Shown here: piece by piece, positions 9,767-19,067 of the stretch
Numbering within the stretch: position 1 is the stretch's first letter
Layout: each line of letters opens with the position of its first letter
Assembly: GCA_963733195.1 (NCBI GenBank)
Contig: CAVTCR010000073.1
Coordinates: 32,001-96,000 of the forward strand
From: an uncultured delta proteobacterium
Lineage (GTDB): Bacteria; Desulfobacterota; Binatia; Bin18
Direction: 5' to 3'
Length of the DNA stretch: 64,000 nucleotides
Position numbers and translations under genes: made by a program
The notes under the pieces: generated by a model
Database searches by the model: none
What the model saw: only the letters and a program-made list of their open reading frames with translations
Told to the model about the DNA's origin: nothing

Positions 9767-10423
9767 ATGATGATTACTGTATACGGCGCGAATATCTCTC
9801 CCTTTGTCAGAAAGGTCCGCGTGTTTCTAGCGGAGAAGGGCATTACTTATAAACTGGAGCCGGTGAACCCTTTCGCCGCAGGCCCGGAGTACAAGAAGAT
9901 CAGCCCGCTGGGCAGGATCCCTGCATTTCAAGACGGCAACGTCACGTTGGCGGATTCCTCCGTCATCTGTGCGTACGTTGAGAAGACCAATCCGCAGCCG
10001 GCATTAATTCCGACTGCGCCTGCCGACTACGCGCAAGCACTGTGGTTTGAAGAGTACGGTGACGGTGGACTTGCACCTATATTTGGTGCAGAGATTTTTC
10101 GTCAGCGCGTGGTGATGCCGTTGTTCTTCAAACAACAGGGGGATGAAGCGGCTGCGCAAAAGGCTATTGCTGAGAAGCTGCCACCCTTGTTTGACTATCT
10201 CGAAGGCTCATTGGGTGATCGGACGACGTTGGTTGGTAATAGTTTCACTTTAGGTGATATTGGTGTAGCAACGCAGTTCGTCAATCTACGTCATGCTGGA
10301 GTGACTGTTGATGCACAACGATGGCCGAAACTCGCGCGCTATATCGCGGCGATCCACGGTCGTCCCTCGTTCAAAGCAGTTATTGAAGAGGAAGAGGCCG
10401 GACTGAAGAAGGCGAGGGGATAA
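9767..10423 (+). CDS. Glutathione S-transferase
   Basis: SPFVRKV, SPLGRIP, ADSSVI, FTLGDI. Confidence 0.9.
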   Translation: MMITVYGANISPFVRKVRVFLAEKGITYKLEPVNPFAAGPEYKKISPLGRIPAFQDGNVTLADSSVICAYVEKTNPQPALIPTAPADYAQALWFEEYGDGGLAPIFGAEIFRQRVVMPLFFKQQGDEAAAQKAIAEKLPPLFDYLEGSLGDRTTLVGNSFTLGDIGVATQFVNLRHAGVTVDAQRWPKLARYIAAIHGRPSFKAVIEEEEAGLKKARG

Positions 10424-10453
10424 CAGAGCTTCCGGGGACGATGGTTATTCTCT

Positions 10454-10516
10454 CCCTCACCCGCATCCACTGACGCATCTGCTGCCTTCTCCCTTAGGGA
10501 GAGGACAGGGTGAGGG
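10454..10516. repeat. REP-like palindrome (CCCTCACCC...GGGTGAGGG)
   Basis: Outer CCCTCACCC/GGGTGAGGG and inner TCTCCC/GGGAGA arms between convergent genes. Confidence 0.65.
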
Positions 10517-10547
10517 CGTCGATATTCTGGAAACTATGGGAAATGGA

Positions 10548-11702
10548 TCACCAACTGCCCTCTATTGCAATACCGCGCTTTCGGCGATTGTAGTCACTGT
10601 TACCGGCACAGTCGCGTCGGCGAGGCATTTGTCGGTCGCGTTCCTTAAGCCACGTAGCGACCTGCGGCCAGAGCTTCTTGTGCGCACTGCTACTAACGAT
10701 CACGCCAAGGTGACCCGCAGGGAAAACCAGCGATTGCTTGTCATGGCTGCCGGTTGCATCAGTAAGAGGGAGGCTTGCGTGCGGGTGAACCACGTCATCG
10801 TATTCGCCGATCACGTTGAGCACCGGGCAGCGGATGTTTTTTACATCGACGAGGCGGCCACCCACTTTGAATTGACCTTGGGCGAGTAGATTCTTCTGAA
10901 AGACTTCCTTAGCCAACTCGCGAAAGATCTGTCCAGCGAGCGGTACGTCACTGTTCATCCAGCGCTCGAAGAGTGCAAATGTTTCTGCATAGCCTGTGCG
11001 ATCTTTATTCCGATACAATCCAACATGCTTGTTCAGGAAGTGGTGAACCGGTGACATTGACGTGAAGTTGAGCTTCATCATCCATGCTGGACAATTCCCG
11101 AAGGCGTTCACCACGAGTTCTGGATCGACCTGCGCGGTGAAATGCGAGAGCGGGATGTCTTGCTTGCTCATGTCGAATGGCACTGTCAGCGCGATGAAGT
11201 TCTTAACGGTCTCCGGATGCAAAGCCGCATAGAGGGTACTGAGCAGTCCGCCGAAGCAATAGCCCAGCAACGAAACTTTTTTCGCTCTACTATGAGCCTG
11301 TACCGCATGCATGGTATTGAGAAGGTCGTGGTTGACATAGGCGTCAAAGCCACGCCAGGAATCAGCTCGTGTCGGGGGCAGCCAATCGACTAAATAGACC
11401 TCGAACCCCTGCTTTGTCAGTGTTTCGACTAAACTTGAGCCGGATTGCAAATCAAGAATGTAGGGTCGTTTAATCAGGGCATAGACAATGAGTAGCGGCG
11501 TCGCTTGCGGCGTCCCGACCGCGCGATAGTAACGCAGCCGCGCTTTCCCGTTTTCTGCGATGACTTCATACGGTGTGACACCAGGTGGGTCTTCTTGCAC
11601 GGGATAGGGTTCAAGCATGCCGCGACGTAAGCCGTCGAGGACAAGGGTTGAGCTATTAAGCCATGAAGTGGAAACCTCTTGGAAAAGATCCAACATATAC
11701 AT
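10548..11702 (-). CDS. phaC: Class III polyhydroxyalkanoate synthase subunit
   Basis: PLLIVYALIKRPYILDLQ, lipase box GYCFGG, W in FERWM, catalytic D (GEYDDVV) and H (GHLG); ~380 aa class III size. Confidence 0.85.
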   Translation of the reverse strand: MYMLDLFQEVSTSWLNSSTLVLDGLRRGMLEPYPVQEDPPGVTPYEVIAENGKARLRYYRAVGTPQATPLLIVYALIKRPYILDLQSGSSLVETLTKQGFEVYLVDWLPPTRADSWRGFDAYVNHDLLNTMHAVQAHSRAKKVSLLGYCFGGLLSTLYAALHPETVKNFIALTVPFDMSKQDIPLSHFTAQVDPELVVNAFGNCPAWMMKLNFTSMSPVHHFLNKHVGLYRNKDRTGYAETFALFERWMNSDVPLAGQIFRELAKEVFQKNLLAQGQFKVGGRLVDVKNIRCPVLNVIGEYDDVVHPHASLPLTDATGSHDKQSLVFPAGHLGVIVSSSAHKKLWPQVATWLKERDRQMPRRRDCAGNSDYNRRKRGIAIEGSW

Positions 11703-11881
11703 AACTCCTAACCGAAAAGGGGGTGTGAAGGGGCGACTCGTCTCTATGGGACGATGCCGCCAACACCTGTCTGTCCTAGTTCTAGATTTGGTAACGAGTT
11801 GACTTTATCTGTTTTCCACGGGTGCGCAGGTGGCTGTGGAGATGCAGATGTTCGCTTGGAACAGATCAACAGAGAAGACCG

Positions 11882-12415
11882 CTAGGCAGCGATCTGCAGG
11901 CCATCTTCTTGATGATGAAGCGGAGATGTGGGTGTCTGTGCAGGTTCCTGGGTGCGGGTTCTTCGTTTCCGAGAACGGCGGAGCGCTGGTGCTTGCGTTC
12001 GTACTGGCATTGTCTTGCTGAGGCGAGTATCCAGCGCTTGTACCGGTGCTGCCAGTGTTTGTGCATCCGAAGTCGCGGGCAGCGCGAGGGGTCTCCACAG
12101 GCTGGTCGCGAAAAAGCTACTTGCGGCGTTACTTAGCTGTTGGACACGTAGCATCTGGTTGACCGTATTTCCGACAATCTCACTAAGGGATTGCGAGCGA
12201 TACAACGAATCAATTGTGGACGTTGCCAAGCGGACTCCAGCATCGTACCCTTTCCAGACTGCGATCGTTGACTCTTTATCGTTTGCCGACCCGAAGGCCC
12301 AGCGCATGCTGACCAGTGGTAAATCAAACGTGAGCGTTTTATACACTTGTAACAGGTCTTCAGACCTCTGACTCATCCCTTTTTCCTCCAACCGTGTTGT
12401 TGTTTCTTTTGTCAT
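11882..12415 (-). CDS. Short PhaE-like protein
   Basis: Directly upstream of phaC; LALPATSDAQTLAAPVQALDTRL resembles the PhaE C-terminal LxLPTRS..coiled-coil motif. Confidence 0.45.
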   Translation of the reverse strand: MTKETTTRLEEKGMSQRSEDLLQVYKTLTFDLPLVSMRWAFGSANDKESTIAVWKGYDAGVRLATSTIDSLYRSQSLSEIVGNTVNQMLRVQQLSNAASSFFATSLWRPLALPATSDAQTLAAPVQALDTRLSKTMPVRTQAPALRRSRKRRTRTQEPAQTPTSPLHHQEDGLQIAA

Positions 12416-12875
12416 TGTTCACCTCCTTGTACGCTAAAGCAGCCGCCTGGAGGACACAAGCGAAACTGCGTGTTTTGCTGTCACCTACGTGACGAAAGGA
12501 TCGCTTTTATCCACAATATCTGTGGTTTTTGTCCTCTTGGTGACAAGGCTGTGAAATCTTACTTACAGTCGGTAGAGCAAGAGTGGGACCAGGTAACGAA
12601 GCCTGCCCTGCTTTTGACCAAAGTCATTGTTTCTTCAGCTCTTAGACGTTCTGAAGGAAAAGGCAGAGTCTTAATGCTGCTGCCTAGGGAGCAATCGATG
12701 CTTTATTTTGCAGCAGTTTGAAGGATAGGACTCAATCCCTGGTCAGCACGTTGTCATCTTGCTCGCAGATGAGGAATTTTTCCCCGTCTACAGTGTCGGT
12801 TTTCTTATGCGAGCAATTTTGCCCCTACCCATGTGGTACTGTTCCGCGTACAATCCGCGACCAAAGGAGGGGGAA

Positions 12876-14186
12876 ATGGAGACACGGACACGCTGGACCA
12901 TCTTATGGTTCCTGGTGTTGATCAGTGTGGTGCGCAGTATGGACGCGGTCAACTTCTCGGTCGCGGCCAAGCAGATCATGCCTGAGTACGGTTTCACCAA
13001 TGTACAGATGGGGATGTTGTACACCGTATTCACTGCTGGATATGCCCTGTTCCATATTCCTGGAGGTTGGTTGGCGGACACGGTCGGACCCCGTCGCATT
13101 TTGACGCTCGCGATTCTCTGGTGGTCGGTCTTTACTGCGCTTACCGCTGTCGCTGGAGAATGGTGGCTTGCTAGTATCTTTGGTCCGCTGACCTCATTTA
13201 TGATCATCCGCTTTCTCATCGGTATGGGCGAAGGCGCGGCCTATCCGAATTCCAATCGCACGGTTGCCAGTTGGATGGCCCCAAATGAACGGGCGAGAGC
13301 CGCAGGGTTGGTGTTGGCTGGTGTTGGGGTTGGTTACGGCTTAGCTCCGCCAGTGGTGTCGTGGATTATGTTATCCTACGGCTGGCGTGTAGCCTTTTAC
13401 GTTTTTGGCTTAGTGGGGCTCGTTCTTGCGGTGATGTGGTATCGCTTCGCTACTGATCGCCCAGAGGACCATCCCCGTGTATCTGCGACAGAACTCGCGC
13501 TCATCCGCAGCGGTGGCGAACGAACAGATCGAGTGCCGACGCCATGGCGCGCAATCTTAACCCACCCTAACGTGTGGCTATTAATGCTTGCCAATTTTGG
13601 TTTTGGCTATGGCATCTACATTTTCCAGTCCTGGTTCTATTTGTATTTGGTCGATGTGCGTAAATTTTCCATCATGCAAGGAGGAATACTTACTACAGGG
13701 CCCTTTATTGCAGTGTCACTGTTAGGACCGATTGGTGGGGTGTGTTCGGATGCGCTGGTGAAACGCTATGGTCTTACGATAGGGCGTCGCGCGATTGCGA
13801 TGAGCGGGTTTCTGCTTGCTGCTTTTTGTATGTATGCGGGAGCCCAGGCGGAGAATGCGTATACTGCTGTTGTCTTGCTTTCGTTGGGAGATGGTTTCTT
13901 ATACTTCGGTGCGGCCGCTATTGTTGGGACGAACATCGACATCGCTGGCCCACATTCGGGGACGGTGTATGGATTGACCGCGACACCCTTGCAGATTGGT
14001 GGAGCGATTGCGCCGACGCTGACGCCGATCATCGCCAACCGTTTTGGTTGGGAGGCGGCACTCCAGTTTGCCGCACTTTTGGCGGTATTTTCTGCGTTCC
14101 TGTGGTTGTTTATTGATGCAGCAAATAAGATTGTCCCGCTCGAAGAGCAGCAGCTCAAAGCAGAACCGCTGCCAGTGGCACGATAA
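12876..14186 (+). CDS. MFS transporter, anion:cation symporter (glucarate/galactonate-like)
   Basis: 12-TM pattern, GWLADTVGPRR motif A, PEDHPRVS..EL; RBS AAGGAGG. Confidence 0.9.
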   Translation: METRTRWTILWFLVLISVVRSMDAVNFSVAAKQIMPEYGFTNVQMGMLYTVFTAGYALFHIPGGWLADTVGPRRILTLAILWWSVFTALTAVAGEWWLASIFGPLTSFMIIRFLIGMGEGAAYPNSNRTVASWMAPNERARAAGLVLAGVGVGYGLAPPVVSWIMLSYGWRVAFYVFGLVGLVLAVMWYRFATDRPEDHPRVSATELALIRSGGERTDRVPTPWRAILTHPNVWLLMLANFGFGYGIYIFQSWFYLYLVDVRKFSIMQGGILTTGPFIAVSLLGPIGGVCSDALVKRYGLTIGRRAIAMSGFLLAAFCMYAGAQAENAYTAVVLLSLGDGFLYFGAAAIVGTNIDIAGPHSGTVYGLTATPLQIGGAIAPTLTPIIANRFGWEAALQFAALLAVFSAFLWLFIDAANKIVPLEEQQLKAEPLPVAR

Positions 14187-14230
14187 AACGACGAACCGGA
14201 GAATCGGGAAACGGAGAAAGGAGCACAGGT

Positions 14231-14686
14231 ATGAAGCTGGAAGAAATGGTGCAGGAGCTATGGGATCGGGAGAAAATCAAAGAATTGACCTATCAGTATG
14301 GCCTGGCAATCGAGGCACAAGATGTTGAGCGGATGGCGAATCTCTTTACCGAGGATGGCTCGGTCGATTTTAGCTCACTTGGTCGAGGGGTGATCAAAGG
14401 ACATTCGAATCTCAAAGAGTTCTACCGTGGGACGTGGCCGCTCAAAGTGAAACCGTTCTTTACCAATCATGTGATTCAGATTAACGGCAATCGAGCGACC
14501 GGCATTTGCTCACTCGAAAACCGTGCCACCCGTGGAGAGGAAAGTCTCATTGGTGCGGGACGGTTACACGACGAATACGAGAAAATTAACGGCGAGTGGA
14601 AATTCAAATCGCGCCGCGTTGAAATGTTTTACTTCGTGCCCCTGTCCGAAGGCTGGGGCAAAGCTGCGGGGCCGGGGAAGTTGTAA
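14231..14686 (+). CDS. SnoaL/NTF2-like protein
   Basis: DREKIKELTYQY, LFTEDG, DEYEKINGEWKFKSR. Confidence 0.85.
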   Translation: MKLEEMVQELWDREKIKELTYQYGLAIEAQDVERMANLFTEDGSVDFSSLGRGVIKGHSNLKEFYRGTWPLKVKPFFTNHVIQINGNRATGICSLENRATRGEESLIGAGRLHDEYEKINGEWKFKSRRVEMFYFVPLSEGWGKAAGPGKL

Positions 14687-14706
14687 GAATAGAAGAGAAC
14701 CAAGAT

Positions 14707-14877
14707 ATGACTGATATCGCCTTCTGGTCTGCTACCGCACTAGTTGCCATCATTCGAGATCGTGAAGTCAGTAGCCGGGAACTATTAGAGCACTATCTCA
14801 GACGTGTTGAACGCTACAATCCGCAGCTTAACGCCATCGTCACGCTTGATGTATCGTTGTGGATGCTGACATGCTAA
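14707..14877 (+). pseudogene. Amidase N-terminal remnant (56 aa, not in ORF track)
   Basis: Hand translation MTDIAFWSATALVAIIRDREVSSRELLEHYLRRVERYNPQLNAIVTLD..., the typical amidase-signature family start, then a stop. Confidence 0.7.
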
Positions 14878-15353
14878 CACTTGTTGCGACCTATCGGCGC
14901 ATAATCCACGCCTCACTCGAACGCATCTGGGAAAACGTACTCGACTGGGAACATCTGCCATGGTTGCATCGCAAGTCTTTTGCTGCGATTCAATTGATTG
15001 ACCAAACGCCTGAGGGGTGGCGTGCGCGGGTTACGCTTGCGCCTGCGGAGAAGAAACGGGAAGCCGTCATTGCGATTGAGACGGATAAGCCAAACCTACG
15101 CTACTGGAGCCGTACAGTCGAAGGGCAGGGGGCTGGGAATGAAGTCCTCACTTGTCTGAGCCCGGTGAGCCAATATGTCACCGACCTTGTCGTCGAGTTT
15201 CGTGCTCCGTCGCTCCCTCCAGACAAAGCGCAGGCATTAGGAGATGCATACCTGCGCCTCTACGAGCAGTTGTGGGATGAAGATGAGCGGATGATGCAGC
15301 GACGCCAAGCGTTGTTAGATCGTGGCTGGAAGCAAGGACAAAAAAGAGAGTGA
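14871..15353 (+). CDS. SRPBCC/START-like protein resembling a Rieske oxygenase catalytic domain, without a Rieske cluster
   Basis: ENVLDWEHLPWLH (N-x2-D-x2-H-x4-H iron motif); no CxH motifs. Confidence 0.55.
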   Translation: MLTLVATYRRIIHASLERIWENVLDWEHLPWLHRKSFAAIQLIDQTPEGWRARVTLAPAEKKREAVIAIETDKPNLRYWSRTVEGQGAGNEVLTCLSPVSQYVTDLVVEFRAPSLPPDKAQALGDAYLRLYEQLWDEDERMMQRRQALLDRGWKQGQKRE

Positions 15354-15401
15354 CTTGTAAGGCGGAAGTGAGAAAGAGGGAGCGGCAGCTTGAGAAAGTT
15401 T

Positions 15402-15477
15402 GTAGATATAGATATGCGAAAAGTATCTACTACTAGTAGATATATTGAAATTTATATATGTAGATACTGATATCTAC
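15402..15477. repeat. AT-rich array of five GTAGATA/TATCTAC boxes
   Basis: GTAGATA at 15402, 15436, 15460; TATCTAC at 15424, 15471. Confidence 0.8.
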
Positions 15478-15498
15478 TATTAGACGGAGGACTGAGTC

Positions 15499-16116
15499 GT
15501 GGCCATCTACGCCGTGTTTGGCATCGGTGTCGGAAATCTCGGGCGAGGCCGGGCACCCCGTCGCCCAATGCCGAGGTGGGTCGAGATGCTCAACGGACAT
15601 CTACCCGAAGGAAGCCCGACTGCGCGGATCATAGGATTCTTCGGACATACGGGCAACTTTTTGGCTGATTCGCCGTCGACCGAGCTCGAGGCAGTCACTG
15701 CCCGATTCAACAGTCTGCTCGATATCGAATGGGTCGTACGCCCAATCGACGACGTTCGCGCCGCCTTGTCGGCGCTGGCTGACGCTCCTGAACCGGAGGC
15801 CGAGGATGGTATCCGGTGGACGCTTGGTCTCGCGTTTCACGGGCTAAACGGCACCGAGGGCAGCTATATCTCAACAACGCCGCGAGCCATCCTCTGGAAG
15901 ATCTCGCCCTGCACCATAGGTGTGTGGAAGCGCGACAATCTCGGTGCGGACAAGACGCTCGACAAAGACCGGCGAGGTGGTGGCTGGGGGCACATTTCCG
16001 ACGATGTTGAAAAACAACTCGGTGGTCGCTGGACGGCGCGAAGCCGTCGGACAGTTGACGGACTCGTCCGGAGGACGGCGAAGGCTGAAAGGCATGTGGC
16101 CAATAACCCCGTCTAA
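15499..16116 (+). CDS. Integron cassette gene 1, distant DUF1697-like protein
   Basis: GTG start with GGAGG; YAVFGIGVGNLG, HTGNF and TARSRRTV resemble DUF1697 motifs; stop lies within attC R''. Confidence 0.55.
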   Translation: MAIYAVFGIGVGNLGRGRAPRRPMPRWVEMLNGHLPEGSPTARIIGFFGHTGNFLADSPSTELEAVTARFNSLLDIEWVVRPIDDVRAALSALADAPEPEAEDGIRWTLGLAFHGLNGTEGSYISTTPRAILWKISPCTIGVWKRDNLGADKTLDKDRRGGGWGHISDDVEKQLGGRWTARSRRTVDGLVRRTAKAERHVANNPV

Positions 16117-16182
16117 CCCCGCAGTCGAGCAGACCACTGGTTCGCATTCGCTCGCTGCGGCCGCTCACCGCGAGCGTGAGGC
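16111..16182 (+). mobile_element. attC recombination site
   Basis: R'' GTCTAAC, L'' GTCGAGC, L' GCTCAC, R' GTGAGGC (one mismatch to GTTAGGC); 72 bp. Confidence 0.8.
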
Positions 16183-16203
16183 CGCTTAGTAAGGGAGATC
16201 ATC

Positions 16204-16980
16204 ATGAAGGCGAGGCGATCGATCGTGGATCGATTGATCCAGCTTGTGAGGCCCCGGCTGGTGAGCAGCTTCGCGCCGCCTCCCACGCAGATCGCTGCGG
16301 ATCTCTGGTCGCTCGAGCGTCGTCTTCGCATGCCGAGCGGTCCCGGTCTTCCAGCTCGCACAACCGTGATTCGTTTACGCTCCGACACGCTCCTGGTTGT
16401 ATCGCCGCCGCCGGTCGAGGCAGGGGGACTCGAAGGCGTGGAGGCTCTCGGATCCGTCGAGGAGGTTCTTGTTCCCAACAGCTTTCACTACCTGAACGTG
16501 CCTGGGTTTCTCGCGCGGTATCCACAGGCGACTCTTCGGGTGGTGCCAGGGCTCTACGAGCGGGTCCCTGGGTTACCCCGCGGCCAGGAGCTGCCGGAGC
16601 TACCTCCCCTGTCTTGGCGCGGGGAGATCGAGCACCGTGTACTTGGGCCGGTCCGCGGCGTTTCCGAGGTGGCCCTCTTCCATCGCCCGAGCGCGACCCT
16701 GATTCTCACCGATCTGGCGTTTCACATGCTGCAGTTCGAGAATCGTCTTGCGCGAGTAGTCTGGCGGTTGGCAGGCGTGCCGAGGGGGTTTGGTCCAAGC
16801 CGCACCGCTCGGCTCTTGCTCCTGGGTGATCGGGTCGCGGCAGCTGGGTTTCTCGAGCGCGTGCTCACTTGGCCGTTTCAGCGTGTGCTGGTCGCGCACG
16901 GGGAGCCGCTTGAGGCGAACGCGGTCGATGTGTTTCGGCGGGCCTTCGCACCGTATCTCGCCCGGACGGACGCGGCCTAA
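16204..16980 (+). CDS. Integron cassette gene 2, DUF4336 family protein
   Basis: RTTVIRL...VVSP, VPNSFHYL, EVALFHRPSATLILTDL; stop lies within GCCTAAC. Confidence 0.8.
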   Translation: MKARRSIVDRLIQLVRPRLVSSFAPPPTQIAADLWSLERRLRMPSGPGLPARTTVIRLRSDTLLVVSPPPVEAGGLEGVEALGSVEEVLVPNSFHYLNVPGFLARYPQATLRVVPGLYERVPGLPRGQELPELPPLSWRGEIEHRVLGPVRGVSEVALFHRPSATLILTDLAFHMLQFENRLARVVWRLAGVPRGFGPSRTARLLLLGDRVAAAGFLERVLTWPFQRVLVAHGEPLEANAVDVFRRAFAPYLARTDAA

Positions 16981-17016
16981 CCCCAATGGTGAGCCGGCAG
17001 AGCCAAGCGGTTGGGG
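16975..17016 (+). mobile_element. Degenerate/truncated attC site
   Basis: R'' GCCTAAC, then GGTGAGC, then GTTGGGG after only 42 bp. Confidence 0.45.
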
Positions 17017-17095
17017 CTGACTTGATTTCGGTTGCTGGTCACAGCCTGGGAAGTGCCGGAACTGTTGTAACGTTCTTGTTTTTCCGGAGTTTGGA

Positions 17096-17851
17096 TTGAA
17101 CGAGCGTGTCGAACATCATCGACTCAGCCATCGCCCCTGGCCACTACCTTCGAAGCCGTGGGCGATGGCACAGGTGTGGCACGATTTGCTGTTTGCGCAC
17201 TGGCCCGTTTCTGTTGCTCAACTCCGTCCGTTGATTCCCGCAGGGTTGCAGATTGATACGTATGAAGGGCAAGCATGGATCGGGGTCGTTCCGTTTCGTA
17301 TGAGCGGTATTCGCCCGCGATTACTTCCGGCGGTTCCGTGGTTGTCAGCTTTTCCTGAACTGAATGTGAGGACCTATGTTGTTGCTGACGAGAAGCCTGG
17401 CGTGTGGTTCTTCAGCCTCGACGCCGCCAACGTGGTAGCTGTAGCGATTGCGCGCCGATGGTATCTGCTACCCTATTTTCACGCCCGGATGTCGTGTCGA
17501 GCGGACGGTGATAGCATTATTTACTCCAGCCAGCGCATCCATCGCGCGGCTCCGTCTGCGACCTTCGTCGGACAGTACCACCCAACGAGTGATATCTTTC
17601 ATGCACAAAAGGGATCGCTTGAGTATTGGCTCACTGAACGTTACTGTCTCTACGTGGCAGGCGCCCAGCAACACCTCTATCGTGGCGAAATCGACCATCG
17701 CCCGTGGCCCTTACAATTGGCCACGGCTACGATCAGAGAAAATACGATGACGCTTTCCCTTGGTATTCAGCTACCTGAAGTGCCGCCTTTGCTACACTTC
17801 GCTCGACGGCAAGATGTCGTCGTCTGGCAACTCGCTCCTGTCAATCGGTAA
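17096..17851 (+). CDS. YqjF/DUF2071 family protein
   Basis: WHDLLFAHW, FPELNVRTYV, GVWFFSLDA, WLTERYCLY. Confidence 0.9.
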   Translation: MNERVEHHRLSHRPWPLPSKPWAMAQVWHDLLFAHWPVSVAQLRPLIPAGLQIDTYEGQAWIGVVPFRMSGIRPRLLPAVPWLSAFPELNVRTYVVADEKPGVWFFSLDAANVVAVAIARRWYLLPYFHARMSCRADGDSIIYSSQRIHRAAPSATFVGQYHPTSDIFHAQKGSLEYWLTERYCLYVAGAQQHLYRGEIDHRPWPLQLATATIRENTMTLSLGIQLPEVPPLLHFARRQDVVVWQLAPVNR

Positions 17852-17976
17852 TTTCTACCACACCTCCCTTTGACAGATGGAGCAAAACCCTTTAAATTGA
17901 CAGGGCATCTCACCGATCCTCATTCTTGAGCTACCTGTATTGCTGTAACCTGCGAGCACGATGCAGAGGAGGGCTT

Positions 17977-18192
17977 ATGGGGGTGTTGTATTATCTAGCC
18001 CTAGTCCTCGGGTTGTTTGGTGGATGTTGGGTGATGGTGGGGGAGTACACAGCCCGTTGGCTATTCATGACGGTGCACTTCGGTTGTGCAATGGCAATTC
18101 TACTCTTGTACATGAGAGAATTGCTGAGCCGTCGTCTAGCAGAAGCGCAGAGCATCGAAACCACGACTTCTTCTCGTCAACTCCATTCCTGA
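17977..18192 (+). CDS. Small two-TM hypothetical protein
   Basis: RBS GAGGAGG, two hydrophobic segments. Confidence 0.5.
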   Translation: MGVLYYLALVLGLFGGCWVMVGEYTARWLFMTVHFGCAMAILLLYMRELLSRRLAEAQSIETTTSSRQLHS

Positions 18193-18245
18193 TGTAGTGC
18201 GCAAGTGAACGGACACCAGGGACGATCACCTTGTCCCTCTGTTCG

Positions 18246-18860
18246 TTATTCAATATGAGCAAGCAGCTCTAATAATCGCTCGATTACTAGATCTGCAGTC
18301 ACGTTCCACGTCGGCGTTTTCCCATTGGTCAATAATGCCGTCATGGCTCCGGCAGCTTTGCCTGCGTCGGTATCGTGTCGATAATCACCAACCATTAAGA
18401 GTTGGTCAATCGGCACCGTGAGTCTCTCTGCTGTGTAGTGCAGGCACGCTGGGTGAGGTTTCGGTGGGGCATCCTCGCGGGCGACTAACTGGTCAACCGC
18501 AACATCAAGCCGCTTACACACTGCCAGCAGTGACGCTCGGCTGTTGCGCGTGACGATTGCCATTGGCAATCCCATGTTACGCACGGCTGTTACAGTTTCC
18601 TGTGCGCCATCATTCCAAGTAACGTTCTCAACGCCATCTTGTTCAAACGCGTCGATGATCTGGGCAGCGCGGAAACGTTCTTGGGGAGATAAACCATCGA
18701 GCCACTGTAAGATATCACCTTCCGGAAGATTGAGCTGTTTCCGTAGGCGAGTAAAGTCCAAGTATGGTCGGGTGAGCGTACTATCGAGGTCAAAGGCGAT
18801 AGCCCGTAGCGGGCGGCTCTCACCCTGTAAACGAAGAGCGCGTTGGTGTTTCATGTTCAC
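18246..18860 (-). CDS. HAD-superfamily hydrolase
   Basis: FDLDSTL, VTRN, KPHP, VGDYRHD. Confidence 0.9.
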   Translation of the reverse strand: MNMKHQRALRLQGESRPLRAIAFDLDSTLTRPYLDFTRLRKQLNLPEGDILQWLDGLSPQERFRAAQIIDAFEQDGVENVTWNDGAQETVTAVRNMGLPMAIVTRNSRASLLAVCKRLDVAVDQLVAREDAPPKPHPACLHYTAERLTVPIDQLLMVGDYRHDTDAGKAAGAMTALLTNGKTPTWNVTADLVIERLLELLAHIE

Positions 18861-19067
18861 TTGGTATCTCGGTTGGCTGTTTTACTTCGTTGGCGATAGT
18901 TGTCAACATGATTCTGCTCCAAATGCGTGAAACGTAAAACGTGATGTGTAAAGCGTGAAAGTAGCGTGATGCGTAAAACGAAAAAGAATCCTCCTCTTCT
19001 TACGTATTACGTGAGTTTATCACGTCGCTCGGGTTCTTGATTCGTCTCGAAGGTACGATGCGAAACG

